From positions 8,141 to 72,140 of the forward strand of contig NZ_BAABMF010000007.1 of the NCBI RefSeq assembly GCF_050402865.1: a stretch of DNA of 64,000 nucleotides. The letters are read 5' to 3'. The notes under the pieces were generated by a model. It made no database searches. It saw only the letters and a list, made by a program, of their open reading frames with translations, and was not told where the DNA came from. This DNA comes from Clostridium sediminicola (GTDB taxonomy: Bacteria; Bacillota; Clostridia; Clostridiales; Clostridiaceae). Both the position numbers and the translations under genes were made by a program. The stretch's first letter is position 1, and each line of letters starts with the position of its first letter. This document shows, piece by piece, positions 31,287-39,932 of this stretch.

Positions 31287-32714
31287 CTATACTTCTTCAG
31301 CGTCTACTGCCTCTTCAACAGTTTCTTCAAGTTTTACTTCTGGTTTTTTACCTTGTAAAATTTCTGGAAGTTCAAGGCCAGCATTTTTAAATACATCTTC
31401 AAATGGTGGAATTGCTTTTAACATTCCTGAAAGGAAATTTGCAGTAGCTGGTGTACCGTCTCCATTTCCGCCTCCCATTGTATCCCAAACAGTAACTTTA
31501 TCAATTTTAATATTCTTTATTGCCTCTACTTGTAATTTAACTAGTTCAGGCAATTTATCAGTAATCATAAGCATAGCAGCACTTTCAGGATTATTTCCTG
31601 CAGCTTCAACAATTTCTTTGAAACCTTCAGCTTGTTTTCTAAGAATTTCCATTGTACCTTCTGCTTCTGCCTTCATTTTGAATAATATCGCATCTGCTTC
31701 ACCTTTTGCTTGTCGTCTAATTCTTTCTGCTTCTGCTTCCGCATCTAATTGAACTTTTTCTTTATCAATTTCAGCTTTTACGATAATGTCTGCAATATTT
31801 GTTGCTCTATCTCTCTCTGCACGAGCTTTTTCAGAATCTTGTTCAGCTGCATATGCCTCTTGTAAGGCTTTTGCTGTTTGAACTTTTTCTGCAGCAATTG
31901 CAATTTTCTCAGCTTCTGCTTCTTTTTCTCTTCTATCAGCATCAGACATTGCAACTGTAATTTTAGCTTCGTTCTCCCCTTTAATAGCTTGAGAATTAGC
32001 CTCAGAAACTCTAATTCTTTCTTCTCTCTTAGCTTGTGCCTCACCAATAGCACCATCTCTGTTTTTCTCAGCAACACTTTTCTTAGCATCATTTATAGCT
32101 TTTGCTGCTGCTTCTTTACCTAATGCTGAAATATATCCTGACTCATCTTTGATATCAGTAACATTTACGTTGATAAGTTTTAAACCAATTTTCTTTAATT
32201 CCTGCTCAACGTTTGCAGATACATTAGCTAGGAACTTATCTCTATCAGAGTTGATTTCCTCAATATCCATTGTAGCTATTACTAATCTAAGTTGACCAAA
32301 AATAATATCTTTAGCTAAATCTTGAATATTTTGTCTTGTTAAACCTAGTAATCTTTCTGCAGCATTTGTCATAACTTCAGTGTCAGTAGATATACCAACT
32401 GTAAATGTTGATGGAACATCAACTCTGATATTCTGCTTACTTAAGGCTTTAGTTAAATTAACATCAATTGAAATAGGTGTTAATTGCATGTATTCATAAC
32501 TTTGAATAACTGGCCATACAAAAGCTGCTCCACCATGAATACATCTTGCTGAACGGTCAGACCCCTCAGTATTTTTCCCTGTTTTACCATAGATAACTAA
32601 AATCTTGTCTGAAGGACATCTCTTGTATCTTGAAAATAATGCTATTATTACAACAAATAATGCTACAACAATAACGGCTGTTAAAATAATTGCTGGTAAG
32701 TTTAAATCTGGCAT
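31287..32714 (-). CDS. flotillin-family protein (SPFH/band-7 domain with Ala/Glu-rich coiled-coil; FloT/YuaG-like)
   Basis: N-terminal TM, SPFH-domain pattern and a long EA-repeat coiled coil (EAEAE..IAAE...). Length is 475 aa. Confidence 0.85.
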   Translation of the reverse strand: MPDLNLPAIILTAVIVVALFVVIIALFSRYKRCPSDKILVIYGKTGKNTEGSDRSARCIHGGAAFVWPVIQSYEYMQLTPISIDVNLTKALSKQNIRVDVPSTFTVGISTDTEVMTNAAERLLGLTRQNIQDLAKDIIFGQLRLVIATMDIEEINSDRDKFLANVSANVEQELKKIGLKLINVNVTDIKDESGYISALGKEAAAKAINDAKKSVAEKNRDGAIGEAQAKREERIRVSEANSQAIKGENEAKITVAMSDADRREKEAEAEKIAIAAEKVQTAKALQEAYAAEQDSEKARAERDRATNIADIIVKAEIDKEKVQLDAEAEAERIRRQAKGEADAILFKMKAEAEGTMEILRKQAEGFKEIVEAAGNNPESAAMLMITDKLPELVKLQVEAIKNIKIDKVTVWDTMGGGNGDGTPATANFLSGMLKAIPPFEDVFKNAGLELPEILQGKKPEVKLEETVEEAVDAEEV

Positions 32715-32775
32715 ATAAATTTCCCCTTTTCCATTATGATTTTTTATTTTAAAATTAGGCTTTCTAGTTCAACTA

Positions 32776-32840
32776 TTAATTTATACGTGTCCAAAAAGTA
32801 TTAAAGCTTCACTATTTTGAGACAAGTGTAAATTTAGTTT
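32776..32840. repeat. Family B palindromic element, copy 3
   Basis: TTAATTTATACGTGTCCAAAAAGT ... ACTATTTTGAGACAAGTGTAAATTTAG. Shares the TTAATTTATAC leader with the other copies. Confidence 0.7.
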
Positions 32841-32879
32841 CACTAAAGAAATCCTATACAATCCCCTGATTAAACATCT

Positions 32880-33509
32880 TTATTTAGCTTCTACAACAAA
32901 ATCGCCATTTTTTATTCCAACTACTTTTACTAATGAACCCGTTTTTAAAGACTGTCCTCTTGTAACTGAATCTACCACTTGATACTTGCCCTGAAAAGTT
33001 ATTTCAATTTTTCCAACTCCACTTTCCTTCTCTGGTATAGTCAGATAAACTTTTCCCTCTTTTCCAATGGCGTTTTTAGGGTTGATATTGCCACTTTCTT
33101 GAAGCTTTAATAAAGCTCTAAAAACAGCAGTCAAAATTCCAACCACAGCAGAAGCAACAATAATTGAAACGACTACAGTAGTAAATTTACCTAAATTATT
33201 ATCTATTGCAGTTATACCAGTCCATGAAAATACTGTAAGAAATATTACAACATTTCTAAAGGTTATTAATTTTAAAGGTATATTTGAACTGTTCACATCA
33301 GTCTCTGGATCGAATTCTATATCATCCATATCCCCATCAAAATCTATTCCTCCAATACTATCTGTATCAAGAGAATCAGGAACATCCCCACCTGAATCAA
33401 TTCCCATAATCAATAAAATCATTTGAACAACGAACAAACAAGTTGAAGGAATAGCTATCGTCCAAAAGATTTTTTCAAAATTCATTAAAGTATCCCACCA
33501 AATAGTCAT
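32880..33509 (-). CDS. NfeD-like membrane protein (C-terminal OB-fold; YuaF-like flotillin partner)
   Basis: A membrane N-terminal half plus the C-terminal motif G..VKVVGI.G..LVVE. The gene sits immediately upstream of the flotillin gene, as in yuaF-yuaG. Confidence 0.6.
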   Translation of the reverse strand: MTIWWDTLMNFEKIFWTIAIPSTCLFVVQMILLIMGIDSGGDVPDSLDTDSIGGIDFDGDMDDIEFDPETDVNSSNIPLKLITFRNVVIFLTVFSWTGITAIDNNLGKFTTVVVSIIVASAVVGILTAVFRALLKLQESGNINPKNAIGKEGKVYLTIPEKESGVGKIEITFQGKYQVVDSVTRGQSLKTGSLVKVVGIKNGDFVVEAK

Positions 33510-33666
33510 TTAATCCCCCTTTCAACTAGTAATGATTTGTAATTAATCTTTATTATACCATAAACATTGAATTAAACTATATTTATGAATAAATCTTTAC
33601 ACTTATTCATTCACATATTAAGAGAGCTAACTTGTATAAAATGTTACAGAATTTTATAAAAAAGAT

Positions 33667-33723
33667 AAAAAAAATCTAGAAACACTATATCAATTATCCG
33701 CTATAGTGTTTCTAGATTTTTTA
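33667..33723. terminator. 16-bp-stem hairpin ATCTAGAAACACTATA-N12-TATAGTGTTTCTAGAT flanked by A and T runs (bidirectional terminator)
   Basis: Read directly from the sequence. It overlaps the stop of the 33721..34155 gene. Confidence 0.7.
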
Positions 33724-34155
33724 AGTTCTCTTTTTAAATTCATATTTACACATCTTACATGTAACAACTAAGTTCCCTTTTCCTCTTGGTAATCTCAATT
33801 TTTGCTTACATTCTGGACATTTTACAACAACAAAGTTTTTTCTCTGTTCAACTTTTCTAATAGCTTTATAATATTGATTTTTTACTTTCAATAATATTCC
33901 TTTATTAAAATATTTAGATAGTTTATAATTTAAGCCACCTAATCTATATTTTATAGTACCCACAAAAGTTCTATATGCCATCTCTTCCTTTTGTCTCTTT
34001 GGAAAGTCTTTAGAAAAAATTCTAAAAATACTATACCCAATAAAAACTGGTGCAACAAAATATGATTTTGTAAGAATTAAAAGCACACCAACTATTAATA
34101 AAAACTTAGAAAAACTATCTAAGCCGTATTTACCGTTAATATAATTATTCTTCAT
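33721..34155 (-). CDS. small membrane protein with a C-terminal zinc-ribbon (CPEC...C..C)
   Basis: One or two TM helices, then CPECKQKLRLPRGKGNLVVTCKMCKYEF. It is the first gene of the flotillin operon. Confidence 0.5.
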   Translation of the reverse strand: MKNNYINGKYGLDSFSKFLLIVGVLLILTKSYFVAPVFIGYSIFRIFSKDFPKRQKEEMAYRTFVGTIKYRLGGLNYKLSKYFNKGILLKVKNQYYKAIRKVEQRKNFVVVKCPECKQKLRLPRGKGNLVVTCKMCKYEFKKRT

Positions 34156-34395
34156 GTCTTCACCCCTGTTTTGCTATATTATATTTTGAAATGATATCTC
34201 TATCCAATCTGTAGATCACAATTGAAATAGATTGCGAAGCGCTTTTCTTCGCAATTTATAATCATTCCTTCTTCTTAAATTAATTCTAATACCCAAGAAT
34301 ACTAATTACAATAGCTTTTCACCTTTATTAATACTTTTTTTATAATTGAAAGAAAAAACCACACCATTTATGCTGCATACTATATATATTCAACT

Positions 34396-34470
34396 GTGAA
34401 ATTTAATTTATACATGTACCAAAATCTCCGGTACTAACGAGTTATGGTACATGTATAAATCTATTATTGA
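34396..34470. repeat. Family B palindromic element, copy 4
   Basis: Arms TTTATACATGTACCA / TGGTACATGTATAAA form a perfect 15-bp pair. Leader AAATTTAATTTATAC. Confidence 0.75.
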
Positions 34471-34509
34471 GCTTAGATATCTATTTCTAAAATAAATTTT
34501 ATTTTTCCC

Positions 34510-34539
34510 TTGACAATTAGCAAAATTATTAATACTATT
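34510..34539 (+). promoter_or_regulatory. Sigma-A-type promoter of the ytrA-like operon (TTGACA-N18-TACTAT)
   Basis: -35 TTGACA at 34510-34515 and -10 TACTAT at 34534-34539. Confidence 0.5.
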
Positions 34540-34542
34540 ATT

Positions 34543-34567
34543 AGTGTACTAATAAACACAGTACACT
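34543..34567. promoter_or_regulatory. YtrA-type operator AGTGTA-N13-TACACT, plus an extra TACACT half-site 3 nt downstream
   Basis: AGTGTA at 34543-34548, a 13-nt spacer, TACACT at 34562-34567. A second TACACT lies at 34571-34576. Confidence 0.6.
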
Positions 34568-34685
34568 TAATACACTTAATACAGTTTCATGATTATTCAA
34601 AAATATAATTAAAGCTTTTGCTTGCAAAAGGTATCCATTACTGACAACTGTCAACTGAAATAATGTATTGAAAGGAGGTCTTTAT

Positions 34686-35090
34686 TTGATAAAAATAAAT
34701 AGTAGAAGTAGTCGTCCTATCTATGAACAGATTATAAATGGAATTAAAGAAAACATACTTAAAGGAATTCTTGAACCTGGAGAAAAACTCCCTTCAGTAA
34801 GGGAAATGTCTTCATTAATTACCGCTAATCCGAATACGGTAAGTAAAGCCTATAAGGAACTTGAAAGGCAGAAGGTAATAGAAACTATACGAGGAAGAGG
34901 AACTTATGTATCTTCAGATTATAAACCAAGACTAGAGGAGGATAGAATGAAGGTATTGAAGGAAGAAATAAAAAAAATCATAATTGAAGCTCATTATATG
35001 GGAATAAAAAAAGAAGACCTTATAAACCTTATGAATAATTTTTATGAAGAAGTAGACAAAAATTCAGTAACAGAAGGAAGTGAAAAATAG
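34686..35090 (+). CDS. ytrA: GntR-family transcriptional repressor, YtrA subfamily
   Basis: Winged-HTH pattern (LPSVREMSSLITANPNTVSKAYKELERQKVIETIRGRGTYV). The short C-terminal domain is typical of the YtrA subfamily. TTG start at 34686 is 8 nt after AGGAGG. The ORF-track start at 34668 would place the RBS inside the gene. Confidence 0.75.
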   Translation: MIKINSRSSRPIYEQIINGIKENILKGILEPGEKLPSVREMSSLITANPNTVSKAYKELERQKVIETIRGRGTYVSSDYKPRLEEDRMKVLKEEIKKIIIEAHYMGIKKEDLINLMNNFYEEVDKNSVTEGSEK

Positions 35091-35974
35091 TGATTAAAAT
35101 ATCCAATATAAATAAAAGTATTGAAAACAAAAAAATACTTAATAATATAAATCTAACTGTATCAAAAGGAAGTATATTTGGATTGATTGGTCCTAATGGT
35201 GCTGGCAAAACTACTTTAATAAAATGTCTCACAGGTATTTACGATGTTGAAGATGGCCAAATAGAAATAATGGAACAACCGGTTTTTAATAATTGCTCTA
35301 TAAAAGAAAAATTTGCTTATGTTCCAGATACAAATTCTTTTTTTGAATTTCATAAGATAAAAGATGTGATTAAATTCTATACACTTACTTACAAAGATTT
35401 TGACATAGAAAAATTTCATAGTATCAATAGAGTTTTTAATATACCTTTGAATTCTTCATTAAAAAAATTATCTAAAGGAATTAACATGAGACTTTCACTA
35501 CTATTAGCACTTTGTATAAAACCAGAAGTACTAATTTTAGATGAGCCATTGTCCGGAATAGATCCTATAGTAAAAAGCCAAATTTTAAAACTTTTAATAG
35601 AAGAAACTGCTGAAAGAGAAACAACAATATTTATATCTTCACATAATCTAAGCGACCTTGAGAAAATATGTGATACTATTGCAGTTATGAATAATGGTGA
35701 AATAAAACACTTCAGTTCCTTAGATAATATGAAAGAGAATTTCAAAAAAATCCAAATAGTTTTTAAAGATTCACCTCCTAATATTCAGGACTTACCTGGA
35801 GTTATTTCCTCAAATACTATTGGAAGAGTTTATACTATTGTTACTTCTCAATATGAATCATTCAAAAAAGAACTTGAAGAATGCGACCTAATTCTTTTTG
35901 AAGAAATAGATTTAAGTTTAGAAGATATTTTTATTCATTCTCTAGGAGGTGATGGCCTTGAAGAAATTTTATAA
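35090..35974 (+). CDS. ABC transporter ATP-binding protein (YtrB-like)
   Basis: Walker A GPNGAGKTT, signature LSKGINMRL (degenerate), Walker B LILDEPLSGID, H-loop SSH. Confidence 0.85.
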   Translation: MIKISNINKSIENKKILNNINLTVSKGSIFGLIGPNGAGKTTLIKCLTGIYDVEDGQIEIMEQPVFNNCSIKEKFAYVPDTNSFFEFHKIKDVIKFYTLTYKDFDIEKFHSINRVFNIPLNSSLKKLSKGINMRLSLLLALCIKPEVLILDEPLSGIDPIVKSQILKLLIEETAERETTIFISSHNLSDLEKICDTIAVMNNGEIKHFSSLDNMKENFKKIQIVFKDSPPNIQDLPGVISSNTIGRVYTIVTSQYESFKKELEECDLILFEEIDLSLEDIFIHSLGGDGLEEIL

Positions 35975-37016
35975 TAAAGCTTTATTTTATAAAGAATTCA
36001 AATCATCTTTAAGTTTTATTGGTATATTATGGCTTTCATTATTTATGGAATTCACCAATCACTTTATACGTGAAACACAAAATTTAAAAACTTTGTCAAA
36101 AGATTTAATTTCCATGGGAACATATAATTCTATAGAGTTTACAGAAAATATCTCTAACACTTTATCTAGTCTTTCAAATAATAGTGGAATGTTTTATTCA
36201 ATTTGTTCATTAATAATAATTAGTTTTTGGATTGTAGGAAAGGAAAGACAAAACAATAGAAATGAAATGCTCAGTACTATGCCCTTTTCAAGAGAAGAAA
36301 TCATAGGCACGAAATGGATATTAGTTTTTATTTCAATAATCATTGCTATGTTTCTAAATTTAGCAATCATTTTATGGAATTGTTCTGTAAATTCCAATAT
36401 TTATTCTATTATTCCAAATATATATAATTTATTACTCTATTGGATAATTTCAAAAACTTTGCTTTACATTTTTATTTTCACTTTTATAATGTTTGTTTCC
36501 TCAATTTGCGGAAGATTTTTTACCGGAGGATTATTAGGCTCTATATTCTTGATTGTACCTTTTTATCTAACTGTTACTATCCCTCCTTTTATTGGATATT
36601 TTGCAGTTATTAATGGAACCAGATTAATATCAGAAGCAACGATTGCTAATTTAGAAAATTTTGTTCTTCGAATATATGCTTTATTTAATTTTTATACTTA
36701 TGATAATAATTTGGTCAAATACTTCAATACTTTATCTTTACTTTCAATCATAGGTATTATCATCTTCTTAAGCTTATTATTTATATCATTCAAAAATAAT
36801 AGCTTTGAAAAAATCAATGAACTTTGTATGTTCAAATCTTTTGAATATATATTGAAAATTGGTGTATCTGTCTGTTTCACATTGTTGATAACCACTATAG
36901 CCGTTGACACAAATGCTCATACAATTGAAGATGCATACATTGCTGCACCTACTGCTTTTATAACTTTGATAGTAACATATATCTTAACAAATAAAATCAT
37001 TAAATACTTTAAATAA
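35949..37016 (+). CDS. ABC-2-type membrane permease (YtrC/D-like)
   Basis: Polytopic hydrophobic protein of 355 aa. It overlaps the upstream ATPase gene, indicating translational coupling. Confidence 0.6.
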   Translation: MMALKKFYNKALFYKEFKSSLSFIGILWLSLFMEFTNHFIRETQNLKTLSKDLISMGTYNSIEFTENISNTLSSLSNNSGMFYSICSLIIISFWIVGKERQNNRNEMLSTMPFSREEIIGTKWILVFISIIIAMFLNLAIILWNCSVNSNIYSIIPNIYNLLLYWIISKTLLYIFIFTFIMFVSSICGRFFTGGLLGSIFLIVPFYLTVTIPPFIGYFAVINGTRLISEATIANLENFVLRIYALFNFYTYDNNLVKYFNTLSLLSIIGIIIFLSLLFISFKNNSFEKINELCMFKSFEYILKIGVSVCFTLLITTIAVDTNAHTIEDAYIAAPTAFITLIVTYILTNKIIKYFK

Positions 37017-37111
37017 ATTGAGAAGTAAGCTTAGCAATTTATTTCCATTTTGCAACAACTTATAAATTTGAAAATTTTTTAAATAATCATCAAAATATTG
37101 GAGGAAATATA

Positions 37112-38020
37112 ATGAATGTTTTAGAAGTTAAAAACCTAAAAAAACGTTTAGGTAAACGAGAAATCATTAAAGATGTAAGCTTTTCAGTAAAAAAAGGGGA
37201 GATTTTTGGATTTTTAGGGCCAAATGGTGCTGGTAAAACTACAACAATAAGAATGCTTGTAGGTCTAATCGCTCCAAATTCAGGTTCTATATCCATTATG
37301 GGTCATGATATAAAAAGCGAAAGAGAGCTAGCTCTTGACAAAGTGGGCGCTGTTGTTGAGAACCCTGAATTATATACTTATTTATCTGGAAGAGAAAACT
37401 TAATGCAGGTTGCTAGAATCAGAAAAATTTCTAAGAAAAGAGTAGATGAAGTTGTTGAATTAGTTCAATTAACAGACCGTATAAATGATAAAGTCAGAAA
37501 ATATTCTTTAGGAATGAAGCAAAGATTAGGATTAGCCTTAGCCTTATTATCAAAACCTGCGTTATTAATATTAGATGAGCCAACAAACGGTTTAGACCCT
37601 TCTGGAATACTTGATTTTAGAGAAATAGTACAAAAGGCTGCAAAAGAAACTGGCACAGCTGTTTTTGTTTCCTCTCATATACTAGCAGAAATCCAACAAT
37701 TATGTGATACAGTTGCTTTTATTAATAACGGCGTTATTCAATCAGTAGAAAGCTTAAATAAAAAAGAAAAGGAAAAATTAGTTTCAGTTACTCTAATTAC
37801 TAAAGAAATTGAAAAAGCTACAGCTATTCTAAGTTCCCTTTCATTTATAAAAGATTTTTCATCAAAAGAAAATACTTTTTCAATAAAAGTCTCTGAAGAA
37901 TTGATACCCGAAATTGTATTTGCTCTTGCAGAACATCGAATCCCTATTGATGAAATTTTCAAGAGCCATAGAGAGCTTGAAGAAAGATATATGCAGCTTG
38001 TTGAAGGAGGAATCAGATAA
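37112..38020 (+). CDS. ABC transporter ATP-binding protein (YtrE/BcrA-like)
   Basis: [40 protein letters not shown]. Confidence 0.85.
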   Translation: MNVLEVKNLKKRLGKREIIKDVSFSVKKGEIFGFLGPNGAGKTTTIRMLVGLIAPNSGSISIMGHDIKSERELALDKVGAVVENPELYTYLSGRENLMQVARIRKISKKRVDEVVELVQLTDRINDKVRKYSLGMKQRLGLALALLSKPALLILDEPTNGLDPSGILDFREIVQKAAKETGTAVFVSSHILAEIQQLCDTVAFINNGVIQSVESLNKKEKEKLVSVTLITKEIEKATAILSSLSFIKDFSSKENTFSIKVSEELIPEIVFALAEHRIPIDEIFKSHRELEERYMQLVEGGIR

Positions 38021-39213
38021 TGTTTACTTTAATTAAAAATGAAACAATTAAACTTTTAAAAAGGACCAAAACTTTAGTTACTTTTATTGCTTTTCTTTTG
38101 CTTACTGTGTTAATCACATTCTCTACTTATAAAATGATAGAGAATAATAAAAAATGGCAAGATCCTGATTACAAGATTCAAATGGCCCAAGAAAATATTA
38201 ACCGTTACAAAGCTGATAAAACAAGTTCAGATGTGGACAAAGATTATCAAAACCAAATAGATGAGTTAATAAAAAATGAAGAAGCAAATATTGAACAATA
38301 TAAATTAGAAAAAGAACAAGGTAAAGTAGATTGGAAAGTAACTGTTAACAAAACAATCGAAGATTCAAAAAATCTACTAAAGGATGAAACTCTTACAAAA
38401 GAATCTAAAGAGAGTATTCAGCAACAGTTAGACTTAAATGAATATTATATTGCTAATAACATAGAACCTAACGATAATGTGTTTAATGCTTATAATGCTT
38501 TAGGGACTATAATAATGATTTTGGGTTCTATATTCCTAGCAATAGGATTAGCAATCTTTGCATCAGATATGGTATCTGGAGAATATACTCCTCCAACAAT
38601 GAAGGTGCTATTAATTCAACCTGTTTCTAGGGGCAAAGTTCTATTTTCCAAATTTATATCTATAGCTTTGACCTGTGTAACTCTAATAGTATCTGTTGAA
38701 ATATTAACATTCTTGTTTGTAGGTGTTTTCTTTGGCTTTGGCAGCAGTAATTATCCTGTAGTAGTGGGTAAGAAATTTTATTTTGACAAAATAGTATCAA
38801 GTAATGCAGCTCCACAAATAAAAGAAATACTTGGAAGTTCTCATATTGCTCCTATTTGGAAAGTTACACTACAAGGAGTTTTGCTTCAAATACTCTTTAT
38901 AATAGCAGTTGTTGCCTTTGTTTTCCTTATCTCTACTGTTATGAAAAGTAGTATGTTATCAATGAGTTTAAGTAACGTAACTATAGTTGCCTTATTTATA
39001 ATTCCTAATTTATCACACAGTATAAAGAAAGTAATGCCTTATTGTTTCATAACATATGGTAATAGCTATGCTTTACTTGATGGTTCTTTAAATATGGGTT
39101 ATAATACACCTTTCATAACTCCATTATCTGCTTCACTGGTAATGAGTATTTGGATAGTTGTTTGCTACTTAATATCACACTTTGTATTTGTAAAGAAAGA
39201 CGTTTTAATATAG
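38020..39213 (+). CDS. ABC transporter permease with a large extracytoplasmic coiled-coil loop (YtrF-like)
   Basis: One N-terminal TM, about 140 aa of a charged extracellular region, then several TM helices. The start overlaps the ATPase stop. Confidence 0.6.
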   Translation: MFTLIKNETIKLLKRTKTLVTFIAFLLLTVLITFSTYKMIENNKKWQDPDYKIQMAQENINRYKADKTSSDVDKDYQNQIDELIKNEEANIEQYKLEKEQGKVDWKVTVNKTIEDSKNLLKDETLTKESKESIQQQLDLNEYYIANNIEPNDNVFNAYNALGTIIMILGSIFLAIGLAIFASDMVSGEYTPPTMKVLLIQPVSRGKVLFSKFISIALTCVTLIVSVEILTFLFVGVFFGFGSSNYPVVVGKKFYFDKIVSSNAAPQIKEILGSSHIAPIWKVTLQGVLLQILFIIAVVAFVFLISTVMKSSMLSMSLSNVTIVALFIIPNLSHSIKKVMPYCFITYGNSYALLDGSLNMGYNTPFITPLSASLVMSIWIVVCYLISHFVFVKKDVLI

Positions 39214-39222
39214 CTTCATAAT

Positions 39223-39256
39223 AAAATCCTCAGAAGTAATGATTTCTGAGGATTTT
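39223..39256. terminator. Bidirectional terminator hairpin AAAATCCTCAGAA-N8-TTCTGAGGATTTT
   Basis: Read directly from the sequence. It lies between the convergent ytr-like operon and the response-regulator gene. Confidence 0.7.
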
Positions 39257-39257
39257 G

Positions 39258-39932
39258 TTATCTGGATTTCAAAAATTTATATGCTCCTGTTTCTATCATA
39301 AGCTTTTTTACTTCACTAGTTTTTTTGCATCCAAATTTATGAATAATATTCCCAACATGATACTTAATTGTTACTAATTCAACTCCTCTTATGGCCGCAA
39401 TCTCTTTTTGCTTTTTACCATCCATAAGAAGATTCATAATACCAATTTCTGTATTTGTTAAACTAGATATCATATTAACCACATTTAATAGATTATTTCT
39501 CAAATTTTCAAACTCAACTAGTTTCTTTCTTATAGTAGTGGCAGCATATGACCTTATTGGAGACGAATCGTTATATGCTTGTCTTATAGCTTCTAAAATT
39601 TCAGAAGAAGATGCTGTTTTTAAAACATAATCAACTGCTCCTGCCTCATAAGCTTCAATAATTGCTTCTTCATCTTCATGGCAAGTAAGCATGATAATTT
39701 TTATGTTAGGATTCATATTCAAAATTTCTTTGGTGGCCTTTATACCTGTATCTTTTGAATCCATTTCAATATCCATTAAAATAATATCCGCTTCATGTTT
39801 TTGTGCTAATTTTACTACCTCACTCCCATTATATGCTCTACCAATAACCTCCAAGTCTTTCTCATAATTAATTAAATTATAATATATATTATTTAGTGTT
39901 TCAAAATCTTCAGCAATAATACATTTGATCAT
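39258..39932 (-). CDS. LuxR/NarL-family response regulator
   Basis: Receiver domain with Asp (ILMDIEM), Thr and Lys at the conserved positions. C-terminal LuxR-type HTH (KQKEIAAIRGVELVTIKYHVGNIIHKFG). Confidence 0.8.
   Translation of the reverse strand: MIKCIIAEDFETLNNIYYNLINYEKDLEVIGRAYNGSEVVKLAQKHEADIILMDIEMDSKDTGIKATKEILNMNPNIKIIMLTCHEDEEAIIEAYEAGAVDYVLKTASSSEILEAIRQAYNDSSPIRSYAATTIRKKLVEFENLRNNLLNVVNMISSLTNTEIGIMNLLMDGKKQKEIAAIRGVELVTIKYHVGNIIHKFGCKKTSEVKKLMIETGAYKFLKSR

Noticed and set aside
34668-34685. ORF-track start at 34668 (TTG) for the GntR regulator.
   Set aside because: The AGGAGG ribosome-binding site would lie inside this extension. The TTG at 34686 has correct spacing.
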